This document shows positions 46,501 through 56,082 of a stretch of 64,000 nucleotides of DNA, in pieces. Below the pieces are notes generated by a model. That model did no database searches. It had not been told where the DNA came from and worked only from the letters and a program-made list of their open reading frames with translations. The translations under genes were made by a program, and so were the position numbers. The stretch is from Thermoplasmata archaeon (GTDB lineage Archaea; Thermoplasmatota; Thermoplasmata; Lutacidiplasmatales; UBA184), in assembly GCA_021816955.1 (NCBI GenBank), contig JAKAWP010000001.1, positions 10,290-74,289 on the forward strand, written 5' to 3'. The first letter of the stretch is position 1. Every line of letters starts with the position of its first letter.

Positions 46501-46782
46501 TTAAGATTTGCCGGTCCCCGGCGCCGTCGTCGACGGCGCTTCGGTCCGGGTGATCGACGGCGCCGGCGCAAAGACGTACGCGTTCGAAGCGAACCGAGTC
46601 TTGCACCGCGTGCACTCGTAGACGCCGCTCGCTCGGCGGCGGACCGTCACGGTCGAGCACTTGGGGCACGGCGACGCGGCCTGGCGCGCCCGGTCGAGGT
46701 CGAGGACCCGGCGGCGGATGCGGATCCCATAGCGGGCCCCCATCCAGCCGGTCGGGCCGACCTTCTTCGTCCGCTGGCTCAT
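46501..46782 (-). CDS. rpl37ae: Ribosomal protein L37Ae (eL43)
   Basis: TKKVGPTGWMGARYG and C4 zinc ribbon CPKC...CTRC. Confidence 0.8.
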   Translation of the reverse strand: MSQRTKKVGPTGWMGARYGIRIRRRVLDLDRARQAASPCPKCSTVTVRRRASGVYECTRCKTRFASNAYVFAPAPSITRTEAPSTTAPGTGKS

Positions 46783-47573
46783 GCGCCGGTCCCTCCCCCG
46801 CGCGCGAGCGACCGCAGCCGGTCCCCGTGGCGGAACGCGCGGTCGACGAGCTCCTTGACGTCGTCCGGGGAGAACGCCCCGACCCGTCCCTTCTGCATCG
46901 CGACGATCCGCCCGACCTCGTCGGTCGCGATCGTGAGCCGCCCCTGTCCGGCCCGCTCTTCGTCGACCGTCGGGTCGACCACGATCGTGTCACCGAGCCG
47001 GACGAACGTGCACTCGATCGGGAAGTGGTCGACTTCGAGCGGGACGTCGGCGGCCCCGAGGCCGAACCGGACGAGCGGTTGCGTCGTGTGCGCGAGCGCC
47101 GAGACCCCCGCGAGGAGGGCCGCGTCGATCAGGTTCCCCCCGTGGTCGAGGACGTGGAGGTCGACGTAGCAAACCCACGTCTTCTCCCCCGGCGTGATGC
47201 AGAGCTTGGTGAGGTCGATCGTTTCGGCGGCCCGGATCGCCCGGTCGACCACCCGGCTTACCTCGATCGCCGTCGGGGTCGGCGGACCCGGCTCGAACAT
47301 CGGGGAGCTCAGCGGGACGAGTTCGGCGTTGGTCGTGAGCACCCCGGCGTTCGGGGTGTCGGGAAACGGCTTTCCCGGCTCGAGCTTCACGCCCGCCAGC
47401 ACCTTGGTGTCCCCGAGGTGGACGAGCGCGGAACCGTCCGCGCTGGCGACGAAGCCGGGTTCGATGCGCACCGGCCGGTAGTCGTCCGGCCCTCGGCCGT
47501 CGACCCGCTTGCCCGAGTGCGCGAGGTCGAGGATGTGGCTGGTGAGGATCTCGGCGCTCAACGTGTCGCTCAT
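46779..47573 (-). CDS. rrp42: Exosome complex component Rrp42
   Basis: RNase PH-like, follows Rrp41 with overlapping stop/start. Confidence 0.75.
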   Translation of the reverse strand: MSDTLSAEILTSHILDLAHSGKRVDGRGPDDYRPVRIEPGFVASADGSALVHLGDTKVLAGVKLEPGKPFPDTPNAGVLTTNAELVPLSSPMFEPGPPTPTAIEVSRVVDRAIRAAETIDLTKLCITPGEKTWVCYVDLHVLDHGGNLIDAALLAGVSALAHTTQPLVRFGLGAADVPLEVDHFPIECTFVRLGDTIVVDPTVDEERAGQGRLTIATDEVGRIVAMQKGRVGAFSPDDVKELVDRAFRHGDRLRSLARGGGTGA

Positions 47574-48316
47574 GCCGCCCCTCCGTCGCCTTCGGCGTAG
47601 CGGGTGCGCAACGCCTCCTTCATCTTCGCGTGGACCTCCCGGCAGCCTTGGACGCCGAGGTCGAGCGCCTTGGCGAGCTCCTCCCGGGTCAGGTGGCCTT
47701 CCATCTGCAAGAGGACGAGCCGGCCGGACTGCGGGACGAGCGCCATCGGAAGGTCGGCCTCGCCGTAGTTGTCCTCCTCCTTCTTCAGGTCAAGGACGAT
47801 CTCGCCCGCGACCTTGCCGACCGCCACCGCGGGCAGCAGGTCGACCATCGGGATACCCGCGTCCGCGAGCGCCACCGACGCGGCGACGAGCCCCGCGCAC
47901 CGCGTCCCCGCGTTCGCCTGGAGCACCTCGATGTAGACGTCGATGCTCGTCCGCGGAAACTCCTCGGCAAAGACGACCGATTCGAACGCCTCCCCGATCA
48001 CCTTCGAGATCTCCTGCGAGCGCCGGTCGAGACCGGGGCGCTTGCGCTCGTCGACTGAGAACGCCGCCATGTTGTAGCGGCACTGCACGATCGCCTTGTG
48101 GTTCTCCTGGAGGTGGCGCGGATGGACCTCCCGGGGCCCATAGACCGCCGCCATCACCTTGTTGTGCCCCCACTCGACGAACGCCGACCCATCGGCTTGG
48201 CGGAGCGCGCCCGCCACGATCCGAATCGGCCTAATCTCGTCCTCCCGTCGTCCGTCGATCCGCAACCCGTCCGGGCTCATCAGCACCGGTACGTCCTTCG
48301 CTCCTACGGTTCCCAT
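47570..48316 (-). CDS. rrp41: Exosome complex exonuclease Rrp41
   Basis: RNase PH catalytic subunit pattern LRIDGRREDEIRP; ATG 48316; upstream part of track ORF is run-on. Confidence 0.8.
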   Translation of the reverse strand: MGTVGAKDVPVLMSPDGLRIDGRREDEIRPIRIVAGALRQADGSAFVEWGHNKVMAAVYGPREVHPRHLQENHKAIVQCRYNMAAFSVDERKRPGLDRRSQEISKVIGEAFESVVFAEEFPRTSIDVYIEVLQANAGTRCAGLVAASVALADAGIPMVDLLPAVAVGKVAGEIVLDLKKEEDNYGEADLPMALVPQSGRLVLLQMEGHLTREELAKALDLGVQGCREVHAKMKEALRTRYAEGDGGAA

Positions 48317-48336
48317 CGTTGTTGCCTCCTCGCGGT

Positions 48337-49206
48337 TCAGTACTCGTGAGATGACGGCTCCGCCGACGAGGACGGGCCGTCGTCGTCGGGGCCCGCCGGC
48401 TCTTCGGCGCCGTCGGCGGCGCGCGGCTCGTGGAGCCGCTGGACGACGGACGGAAGCCGCGGATCGATAAGCGGGGGGGCGCGGGCGCTGGTGGCGGTCA
48501 GGTACCCTTCGACCCGCTGGGTGAGCCCGCGGCGGTGGCCTTCCTCGTCGATCATCCGCAGCGCCTCCGACACCCGCTCGATCGCGTCGGGAGTTCCCGA
48601 GACCCAGATCCGACCGTTCTGGCCGATCGCAACTTCGGCGCCGGTCATCCGCGTGATCGTCTCGATCATCGATCCCCGCCGCCCGATCACGCGGGGGACC
48701 TTCGCTGGGGAGATCGTCACGATCGTCCCGCCGTCGAGCTTGCCCAGCCCTTCGCCGAGCATCGTCACGCCGATCCGGCCGGTCGGGTCGAGGCTCTCGA
48801 CCCGGACGAGGACCGCATCGCCGACATGCAGGTAGCGCTGCGTCTCCCCGACCTCGACCTTCCACGGCGTGCCCGTGATGTGGAGCGGCGCCCAGCGCGG
48901 AGCGCCGACGTCGAGCAGCCAGAACGTTCCCTGCGCGTCGGTGACCGTCCCGATCACGGTGTCGCCGGGGCGAGGGATATAGCGGCCCGCGAGGGGGATC
49001 ACCTGGGCGACCGGGGGGCGAGGATCGTAGTAGCCGAGGATGCTCGCGTAGATCGTGTCGCCCACGCGGTAGGTGCCGCGGCCGGGTCGCATCCCGCTCC
49101 CGGCGACCGCCTCGCCGGGCAAGACTAGTGAGCGCGGCGACTCCGAAGAACGGCCCGTAGACGGGCCGCCACCCCGGCGGCCGGGCCGATGACGTCCTCT
49201 ACCCAT
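48337..49206 (-). CDS. rrp4: Exosome RNA-binding subunit Rrp4 (S1 + KH)
   Basis: LVLPGE...GRGTYRVGDTIYAS N-terminus, KH motif VIGRRGSMIETI. Confidence 0.75.
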   Translation of the reverse strand: MGRGRHRPGRRGGGPSTGRSSESPRSLVLPGEAVAGSGMRPGRGTYRVGDTIYASILGYYDPRPPVAQVIPLAGRYIPRPGDTVIGTVTDAQGTFWLLDVGAPRWAPLHITGTPWKVEVGETQRYLHVGDAVLVRVESLDPTGRIGVTMLGEGLGKLDGGTIVTISPAKVPRVIGRRGSMIETITRMTGAEVAIGQNGRIWVSGTPDAIERVSEALRMIDEEGHRRGLTQRVEGYLTATSARAPPLIDPRLPSVVQRLHEPRAADGAEEPAGPDDDGPSSSAEPSSHEY

Positions 49207-49242
49207 TGTACTGTCCGCACCGGCGGGTCGGACAAGGGGTCG

Positions 49243-49938
49243 CTATTTAACTAAAGCGGTCTCGGCAGCGCCTTTGGTGCGCGCGTTGAGCTTCTCGTAG
49301 AGCTCGGTCTGCACCCCGGCCGGAATCTCGAGGACGCCCGACCAGCTGCCGTCGGAGAGCCACTCCTCGTGGACGATCCGCCCGAGCCCCTTCAGGTCGC
49401 CGACGACCTTCGGGTAGTCGCTGCCGCGCAGGCGGATCTTCACCTTCGCGACGTCGAAGCGGATCGGGAGGAGCGGCCTAAGCTTCTGGAGCACCTCCTG
49501 CACCTGGGCGTCGACCGGTCGGAACGGGTCGACGTGGATCCGGGCCTCCGCCATCGCCGCCTCGATGCGCGCGGGAGGGTGCGGCGCGCCGGTTTGCGGG
49601 TTCATCGCGTTGCGCGCGATCGTCGCGACGATCTGCCGGAGCTTCGCCGCCTGGAGCTTGTGGCGCTGCTCGGTCGTCACCTGCACCTCGCCCTTCTGGA
49701 TGATCGTCTTCGCGATCGAGGGGATGTGGCGGGTGTGGAACGTCCGCTCGAGATGCTCTTCGGAGATCTTGTCGCCCCGTTTCGCATCTTTGAAGACTTG
49801 GTCGAGCGCGAGCTTGTCGGTCAGGTCGACGTCCCGACCGTCCTTGATCGCTTGGACCGCGTCGGGGTCGACCAGCACCTCGAACCGCGAGCCCTGGGTC
49901 TCCCACCGGGCGATCACGGCATCGTCGACCTTCACCAT
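49243..49938 (-). CDS. SBDS-family ribosome maturation protein (Sdo1)
   Basis: SBDS N-terminal FEVLVDPDAV...; position in the exosome superoperon. Confidence 0.75.
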   Translation of the reverse strand: MVKVDDAVIARWETQGSRFEVLVDPDAVQAIKDGRDVDLTDKLALDQVFKDAKRGDKISEEHLERTFHTRHIPSIAKTIIQKGEVQVTTEQRHKLQAAKLRQIVATIARNAMNPQTGAPHPPARIEAAMAEARIHVDPFRPVDAQVQEVLQKLRPLLPIRFDVAKVKIRLRGSDYPKVVGDLKGLGRIVHEEWLSDGSWSGVLEIPAGVQTELYEKLNARTKGAAETALVK

Positions 49939-49971
49939 GCGCCCTCGATCCGGGGACGCGGGTCGGACTGC

Positions 49972-50721
49972 TTACGACCGTCCGGCGCGCGTCGAGCCGC
50001 CCCCCGACGACAGGCGGGCCACGTACTTCTGGGTTTCTTCGGGGGTGAGCCGGTGGATGCCCGCGCCGCGGTCGATCGTGAGCACCTCGACCTGGGCGAG
50101 CGTCGCCCCCTCCTCGAGAGCGGCCTTGAGCCCCTCGAGGGCGAGGGCGATCGCCGACTCTCGATCGAGACCGGGCTTGTACTTCTGCTCGAGGACCTCC
50201 ATCACCGGGCCCTTGTTGCCGCCCGTCGCCGACGCCTTGAAGCTCGTGAGCGAGCCCGACGGCTCCGTCTCGAACAGGTGGACCCCGCTCGCGTCGTACC
50301 CGCCGACCAAGAGGGCCGTGCCGAACGGACGAACCCCGCCGTACTGCGTGTACTGCTGCTTGTAGTCGCAGATCTTCCGGACGAGCAGTTCGACCGAGAT
50401 CGGCTCCGAGTACGTCACCCGGTTGATCTGGCTCTGCAGGCGGGCGAAGTCGACCAGCACCCGGGCGTCGGCGACGAGCCCCGCGGTGGCACAGGCCACG
50501 TGCTCGTCGAGCACGTGGATCTTCTCGAGGCTCGCGGGCTCGGCGAGCTTCGGGTTCGGGATCCGTCGGTCCGCGACCAGCACGACCCCGTTGTCGTAGG
50601 TGACGCCGGCGGTGGTCGCTCCCCGCCGGACGGCTTCGCGGGCGTACTCGACCTGGAACAGCCGTCCGTCCGGGGAGAAGACGGTGATTGCCCGGTCGTA
50701 GGCCATCTGGCCCGGTTGCAT
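49972..50721 (-). CDS. psmA: Proteasome subunit alpha (track ORF start 50748; homology favours ATG 50721)
   Basis: MQPGQMAYDRAITVFSPDGRLFQVEYAREAV nearly identical to the Thermoplasma-type alpha N-terminus. Confidence 0.85.
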   Translation of the reverse strand: MQPGQMAYDRAITVFSPDGRLFQVEYAREAVRRGATTAGVTYDNGVVLVADRRIPNPKLAEPASLEKIHVLDEHVACATAGLVADARVLVDFARLQSQINRVTYSEPISVELLVRKICDYKQQYTQYGGVRPFGTALLVGGYDASGVHLFETEPSGSLTSFKASATGGNKGPVMEVLEQKYKPGLDRESAIALALEGLKAALEEGATLAQVEVLTIDRGAGIHRLTPEETQKYVARLSSGGGSTRAGRS

Positions 50722-50757
50722 CTCCATCTCGGGTCCTCGCGACGGCACCGAGGTCCC

Positions 50758-50771
50758 CTTTATAAGAAAAG
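50758..50771. promoter_or_regulatory. Near-palindromic TATA element in the divergent psmA / DUF255 intergenic region
   Basis: CTTTATAAGAAAAG; 37-44 bp upstream of psmA ATG 50721 on the minus strand and about 110 bp upstream of ATG 50880 on the plus strand. Confidence 0.5.
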
Positions 50772-50879
50772 CGCGAGCGCTAACGTCGCCTTCAGCCGGT
50801 AGCGACCCGTCGCTGCCCCCGGTATCCCCGGCTCGCCCGGAGCGACAACGGTAAGGCTCGGCGCGGCCGAACGACGGCG

Positions 50880-52985
50880 ATGGCCACCTCTCCTATCGAC
50901 CGCCCCCGCCGTCGGGCTTCGCGGCTCGCCTCGGCGTCGTCGGCCTACCTCCGCAGCGCCGCCGACCAGCCGATCGACTGGCACCCGTGGGGCGACGAGC
51001 CGTTCCGGCTCGCCCGTCAGACGGGCCGGCCGGTCCTCCTCGACATCGGCGCGGTCTGGTGCCACTGGTGCCACGTGATGGACGAAGGGACGTACGTCGA
51101 CCCCGAGGTCGTCCGGCGCATCGAAGAGGGGTTCATCGCCGTCAAGGTCGACCGCGACGAGCACCCCGAGGTCGACCGTCGCTACCAGCGCGAAGTGAAC
51201 GCGCTCACGGGCGAGGGGGGATGGCCGCTCACGGCGTTCCTGACCGCGGACGGCTCGGCGTTCTATGGCGGCACGTACTTCCCGCCGACGGACGGCTACG
51301 GCCGCCCGGGGTTCCGCCGGGTATTGGCAGAGGTCGCGCGCCAGTACCGGGACGAACCGGACGCGATCGCGAGCACGGTCCGGGCCGTGAAGGAGGCGCT
51401 CGATCGCGGAGTGGGCGCGCCCGCCCGGGCCCGCGTCGATCTTTCGACGTTCGCCGACCGCGTCGGCGAAGCGCTCGACGGCGGGTACGACCCCGTGTAC
51501 GGCGGCTTCGGGGGCGGACCGAAGTTCCCGCATCCGGCCGCCCTCGAGTTCTGGTTGTCCGACGCGTTCGTGCAGGGAGACGGCCGGGTCGCCCGGCAAC
51601 TGCGAGAGACGCTCGAACGAATGGCCGCGGGCGGCATCTACGACCAAGTCGGCGGTGGGTTCCACCGGTACGCGGTCGACGAGGGATGGCACGTCCCCCA
51701 TTTCGAGAAGATGGCGGCCGACAACGCCGCGCTCTTGGCCGTCTACGCCGAGGCGGCCGCCCGATGGCCCGACCCGAACTTCGGCGAGGTCGCCCGCGGG
51801 ATCGTCGACTGGGCGAGCCGCGAGCTCGAGGATCCGTCGGGCGGCTTCGGAACGAGCCAAGACGCCGACAATGCGCCCGGGGACGACGGAAGCTACTACA
51901 CCTGGTCCCGGGCCGAGCTCAAGCGCGAACTTTCCGAGGAGGAGTTCCGCCTCGCCGTCCGGTGCTTCGGGATTGACACGGACGGCCGAATGCCCCACGA
52001 CCCGGAGCGCAACGTCCTCTTCCGGCTCGTCTCGCCGGCCGAGGCGCTCGCGGGCCGCCCGACCGAGGGTAGCCCCGACGCCCGATGGGCCGCGCTTAGG
52101 GAGCGCCTCCGCGCGCTCCGCGAGCGTCGGCGAAAACCGCTCGTCGACCGGGCCTGTTTCGCGAGCGTCAACGGCGCCTGGATCCGGGCGCTCGCACGGG
52201 CCGCCCCGCGCATCGGCGACCGTTCGTGGCTGCTTCGGGCGCGGCGCGCGGCCGACCGGTGGCTCGCCGACGGGTTCTCACCGGAGCGTGGCGTCGCCCA
52301 TCGGCTCGCGGGATCCGGCGGAGTCGGCGCGGGTCACCTCGACGACCAAGCGGAGATGGCGCTCGGGCTCGTCGAGCTCGGGGGCGTCCTCGCGGATCGT
52401 CGGTACGTCGAGGCAGGCCGGTCGCTGCTCGAACTCATCGACCGGGAGTTCGTCGACGAGACCGGGCTCGCCCGGGACCTTGCCCCCCGGCTGTACGACG
52501 GACCGCTCGTCGGGAGCATCGCGGCCCCGTCGTACCCCGTCGAAGACGCTCCGAACCTATCGGCGAACGTGGCCGTGGCGCTCGCGTGGATCCGCTGGGG
52601 TTCGCTCGTCCACGACCCCCAAGGGAGGGGGCGCGCCCGCTCGCTCCTCGAGCGCATCGCGGGCCGGCTCGACGGGGCCGGGCTGTTCGCGGGCGGGGCC
52701 GCGTGGGCCGCCCGCACACTCGCGGTGCCGCCCGCCACCGTGGTGATCGAGGGGGCCGGCGCCGACGCCGGCGCGTGGGCCGCTCGGGCGTACGCGAGCG
52801 GACACCCCGACCTCTGGGTCCACACCGAGCCGGTCGACGAGCCGTTCGGGCTCCCGCCGGGCGCTTCCGCGGCGGGGGGCGGGGACCATCCGCGAGCGCT
52901 CGTCTGCTTCGAGCGGGCCTGCCTTCCCCCGGTCGAGCGGGCCGACGACCTCGTCGACGTGCTCAGGCGCGGTCGACCGTCGTGA
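50880..52985 (+). CDS. Thioredoxin-domain protein of the DUF255/YyaL family
   Basis: Thioredoxin-like WCHWCH active-site region then (alpha/alpha)6-like domain; 701 aa. Confidence 0.7.
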   Translation: MATSPIDRPRRRASRLASASSAYLRSAADQPIDWHPWGDEPFRLARQTGRPVLLDIGAVWCHWCHVMDEGTYVDPEVVRRIEEGFIAVKVDRDEHPEVDRRYQREVNALTGEGGWPLTAFLTADGSAFYGGTYFPPTDGYGRPGFRRVLAEVARQYRDEPDAIASTVRAVKEALDRGVGAPARARVDLSTFADRVGEALDGGYDPVYGGFGGGPKFPHPAALEFWLSDAFVQGDGRVARQLRETLERMAAGGIYDQVGGGFHRYAVDEGWHVPHFEKMAADNAALLAVYAEAAARWPDPNFGEVARGIVDWASRELEDPSGGFGTSQDADNAPGDDGSYYTWSRAELKRELSEEEFRLAVRCFGIDTDGRMPHDPERNVLFRLVSPAEALAGRPTEGSPDARWAALRERLRALRERRRKPLVDRACFASVNGAWIRALARAAPRIGDRSWLLRARRAADRWLADGFSPERGVAHRLAGSGGVGAGHLDDQAEMALGLVELGGVLADRRYVEAGRSLLELIDREFVDETGLARDLAPRLYDGPLVGSIAAPSYPVEDAPNLSANVAVALAWIRWGSLVHDPQGRGRARSLLERIAGRLDGAGLFAGGAAWAARTLAVPPATVVIEGAGADAGAWAARAYASGHPDLWVHTEPVDEPFGLPPGASAAGGGDHPRALVCFERACLPPVERADDLVDVLRRGRPS

Positions 52986-53787
52986 GGGTGCGCAACACTC
53001 CGAGGTCGGTCCCGTCGAGCAGGTAGGCGCGCGCCACCCGGCCGCCGAGGAACCGCGCGACGAGGAACGATCGGTTTCGCCCGGGGCGTTCCCGATTGAG
53101 CGATTCGGTGCCGCTCAGCGGGTGGAAGGCGGGGACGACGATCACTTCCTCCGCGAGCAGTCCAAGTGGTTCGGAGGAGCGGGCCGGCCTGCTCGAGGTT
53201 CGACGGGCCCGAACCCAGCATCGGAGCTTCGGGCTCGGCAGATCGGCCGTCGGAGCGAGGCGAACCCCGGGGTGGAGGTGGCCGACGACGACGACCGGGG
53301 CGCGTCGCACGGCGGGGGACGGCCAGCGGTGGCCGTGGGTGAGGCCGACGCCGTGCGCCACGATCCCGGTCGACGGGTGCACCGCCACCTCCCGAGGGAG
53401 GTACGGGACGAGCCCGACATCGTGATTGCCGAGCACGACCTCCGGGTCGAGGCCCGATTCGAGCAGGCGGGCAAAGAACGAGAAGACCACCGGCCGCAGC
53501 CACGGAGGCGTGCCGACGATCGGGTGTTTCACGTCCCCGATGACGATCACGCGCCGGGCCCGTTCGTGGCGGGCCGCGGCGACGACGGTTTCGGCGAGTC
53601 GGTCGGCCGATCCTTCCGGGGGTCCGGCCGGCTGCTTCGGTCCTCCGCCCTGCCCGAGGTGAAGGTCGGCGAGCACGAGCGAGCGGCTTCGCTCCGTCCG
53701 CGTCGGCTCGAGGACGAGGAGGGGCCGGTCGGGGATCGGTCGGACGATCGGTCGCACGACGGAGGCGGAGCGACCGTCCGTATTCAC
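52963..53787 (-). CDS. Calcineurin-like metallophosphoesterase (possible internal start GTG 53676)
   Basis: LVLADLHLG, GDVKH, LGNHD, GHLHP motifs. Confidence 0.6.
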   Translation of the reverse strand: MNTDGRSASVVRPIVRPIPDRPLLVLEPTRTERSRSLVLADLHLGQGGGPKQPAGPPEGSADRLAETVVAAARHERARRVIVIGDVKHPIVGTPPWLRPVVFSFFARLLESGLDPEVVLGNHDVGLVPYLPREVAVHPSTGIVAHGVGLTHGHRWPSPAVRRAPVVVVGHLHPGVRLAPTADLPSPKLRCWVRARRTSSRPARSSEPLGLLAEEVIVVPAFHPLSGTESLNRERPGRNRSFLVARFLGGRVARAYLLDGTDLGVLRTLTTVDRA

Positions 53788-53882
53788 GGTGATGGAGCCC
53801 GGGCCCGCGGCGGCGCAGCGCCGCCGACCCTCCCTCGGAGATTTATATACCTGGCTCCCCTCAATTGTCTCGAGGAGGGACG

Positions 53883-54890
53883 ATGGAGCGATCCCGCGAC
53901 CAGGCGATCGACGAGCTGCGCGAGATGCTCGAGCGCTCGGGCTTTTACGTCGCCGTCACCCACGGCATCCGCCCGTCGAGCTTCGATTTGGCGGCGCGAC
54001 GCGACTCGTTGTTCCTGCTCGTCAAGGTGCTGAAGAACATCGACGCGTTCGACGCCGACGAGGCCGAACGGCTGCGCCGGCTCAGCGAGCTATTCCCGGC
54101 GGTCGGGCTCGTGGTCGGTCGGACGTCGGGCGCCAGCGAGCTCGAGCCGGGCGTCGTCTACATGCGCTACGGGATTCCGATCATCGCGACGGAAACCCTC
54201 CGCGACTACGTCGAGAAAGGTCTGCCGCCGTTCCTCGTCTCGAGCCCCGGCGGCATCTACGCCCGGATCGACGGCAAGCGCCTGCGCCAGCTGCGCGAGG
54301 AGCGCGGCCTATCGCTCGGGGCGCTCGCCGAGATCGCCCGCGTCTCTCGGCGGACGATCCAGCTGTACGAGGACGGCGGCGGCGCCGAGGTCGACGTCGT
54401 CGAGCGGATCGAGACGTGGCTCGACGAGCCGATCGTCGTCCCGTTCGATCTGTTCGAACCGCCTTCAGTCGAATCCGGGGCCGGTTCGGGCGAGTCCGAG
54501 CCACCGCGCGACGGCGCCGGCGCGCCCCGGCGGTCGGAGTGGGTCTCCACGGGCGACCCGTTGCGGGACCGCGTCCTTCGTCAGCTCGGGGGGCTCGGCC
54601 TTCAGGTCGTCGTGACGACCCGCGCTCCGTTCGACGCGTTCAGCCGAACCCCGGATTCCGACCCGGAGATCCTGTTGACCGGGATCGGGACGTTGCGGGC
54701 CGCCCACCACCGGGCGCCGATCCTGCAAGGGATCGCCCGCGTCGCCGAGGGCCACGCGATGTTCGTCGTCCGGGAGGACCGCACGCGCGCCTCGCTGGAG
54801 GGACTGCCGATCCTGTCGATGGGGGAGCTCCAGCGCCACCGGGATCCCGAGGCGCTGCTCGAGATCCTGATCGAGCGGAGCGGGGCGTGA
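53883..54890 (+). CDS. Archaeal HTH (XRE-like) transcriptional regulator, COG1395-like
   Basis: Central helix-turn-helix LSLGALAEIARVSRRTIQLYE; TATA ATTTATATAC 53841-53850 and GGAGGG SD just before ATG 53883. Confidence 0.5.
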   Translation: MERSRDQAIDELREMLERSGFYVAVTHGIRPSSFDLAARRDSLFLLVKVLKNIDAFDADEAERLRRLSELFPAVGLVVGRTSGASELEPGVVYMRYGIPIIATETLRDYVEKGLPPFLVSSPGGIYARIDGKRLRQLREERGLSLGALAEIARVSRRTIQLYEDGGGAEVDVVERIETWLDEPIVVPFDLFEPPSVESGAGSGESEPPRDGAGAPRRSEWVSTGDPLRDRVLRQLGGLGLQVVVTTRAPFDAFSRTPDSDPEILLTGIGTLRAAHHRAPILQGIARVAEGHAMFVVREDRTRASLEGLPILSMGELQRHRDPEALLEILIERSGA

Positions 54891-55525
54891 TCCGGGCGGC
54901 GGTGCCCGGTACGCCGATCGTGCTCGTCGGCGCCGTTCGCGGCCTCGTCGCGGAGGCGCGGCGCGTCTCTCGCGAGCTCTACGACCTTGCGCCCGACGCG
55001 GTCGGCCTCGCCCTCTCGCCGGAGGAGTTCCGCGGCTACCGGGAGTACTTCGTCGACGCCCGGGCCGAGCCGGTCGTACCGCTCGCGTCGACCGAGTGGA
55101 GCGAGATCCGGGGGCTCGTCCGGTTCGGGGAGGTTCGCGTGCCGAACCCGACGATGGTGGAAGCGATCGGCTGGGCCGTCGATCGGAACGTGCCGGTCGA
55201 GCCGCTCGACCCCCGGGACGACGCGACGGCGGAGTGGTTCACGGAGCATATCGGCTACGTCGAGCTCGTTCGTCGGACCCTGCGGGAGCGCGGCCTCGCC
55301 CACCATCCGCCCGAGCCGGCGAGCCCGGACGAGTTCGTCGCGGCGTGGGAGGACACGATCGACGTCGGCGCGGGCTCGCGCCGCTACCGCGCGGCGAAGG
55401 ACGCCCACCTCGTCCGGGCCGCGACCGACTTCGCCCGCGGGCGGAGCCGGGTCGCGCTCGTCCTCGATCGGGAGCGGCTCGAACGCGTGCACCGGGCGCT
55501 CGCGACCGGCGCCCCGGGCGCCTGA
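54887..55525 (+). CDS. Divergent TraB-family paralog lacking the conserved His residues
   Basis: GTG overlaps upstream stop (GTGA); PIVLVGAVRG...APDAVGLAL and RVALVLDRERLERVHRAL align with the TraB gene at 24718 but TAHV/GDAHV are replaced; only the terminal part of track ORF 53789..55525 is genuine. Confidence 0.4.
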   Translation: MIRAAVPGTPIVLVGAVRGLVAEARRVSRELYDLAPDAVGLALSPEEFRGYREYFVDARAEPVVPLASTEWSEIRGLVRFGEVRVPNPTMVEAIGWAVDRNVPVEPLDPRDDATAEWFTEHIGYVELVRRTLRERGLAHHPPEPASPDEFVAAWEDTIDVGAGSRRYRAAKDAHLVRAATDFARGRSRVALVLDRERLERVHRALATGAPGA

Positions 55526-55545
55526 CGCCTTGGTCGCGCGGACGG

Positions 55546-56082
55546 TCAGTCGTCTTCGTCGAGGATCGCCACGAGGCGACGACGGGCTTCCGTGCGGAAC
55601 TCCTCGATCGTCCCCTCGTTCACGATCATCCCGTCGGCGAGGGTGAACGCGTTGCCGATCCCCCACTTGAGCTCTCGGCGGTCGCGCTCGTAGAACGCTT
55701 CGAGGCTGTCGTCGTCCCGGCCGCGCTTCGCGAGCCGCGCGGCCCGGGTCGACGGGGAGCTGTAGATGCCGAGCACGAAGAGATCGCCGAAATGGTGGCG
55801 GAAGACGGCGACCTCCGTGTCGGAGCGGCAGCCGTCGACGAGCGTCCGGGTCTCGGTGAGCTTCGGCACCGCCCGCTGCGCCCAGATCCCCGGGCCGTGG
55901 CGGTCGCGCTCCTCGCTCGCGACCCGGCCGAGGTTCGCGTTAGTGAGCGGCAGCCCTCGGCGACGCGTCTCGTCCCGGACGAGGTCGCCCATCTTGAGCG
56001 TGGCGAGGCCGATGCTCCGGGCGATCTCGGTGAGCTCGTCCTTCCCCGAGCCCGGCATCCCGACCGTGACGATCAGTTTCAT
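55546..56082 (-). CDS. UPF0200 / dephospho-CoA-kinase-like P-loop nucleotide kinase
   Basis: Walker A VGMPGSGKDE and archaeal UPF0200-like layout. Confidence 0.55.
   Translation of the reverse strand: MKLIVTVGMPGSGKDELTEIARSIGLATLKMGDLVRDETRRRGLPLTNANLGRVASEERDRHGPGIWAQRAVPKLTETRTLVDGCRSDTEVAVFRHHFGDLFVLGIYSSPSTRAARLAKRGRDDDSLEAFYERDRRELKWGIGNAFTLADGMIVNEGTIEEFRTEARRRLVAILDEDD

Noticed and set aside
53789-55525. 578-aa plus-strand ORF
   Set aside because: The N-terminal 360 codons are out-of-frame overlap of the HTH regulator gene. Only the terminal 212 codons (TraB-like paralog from GTG 54887) are supported.
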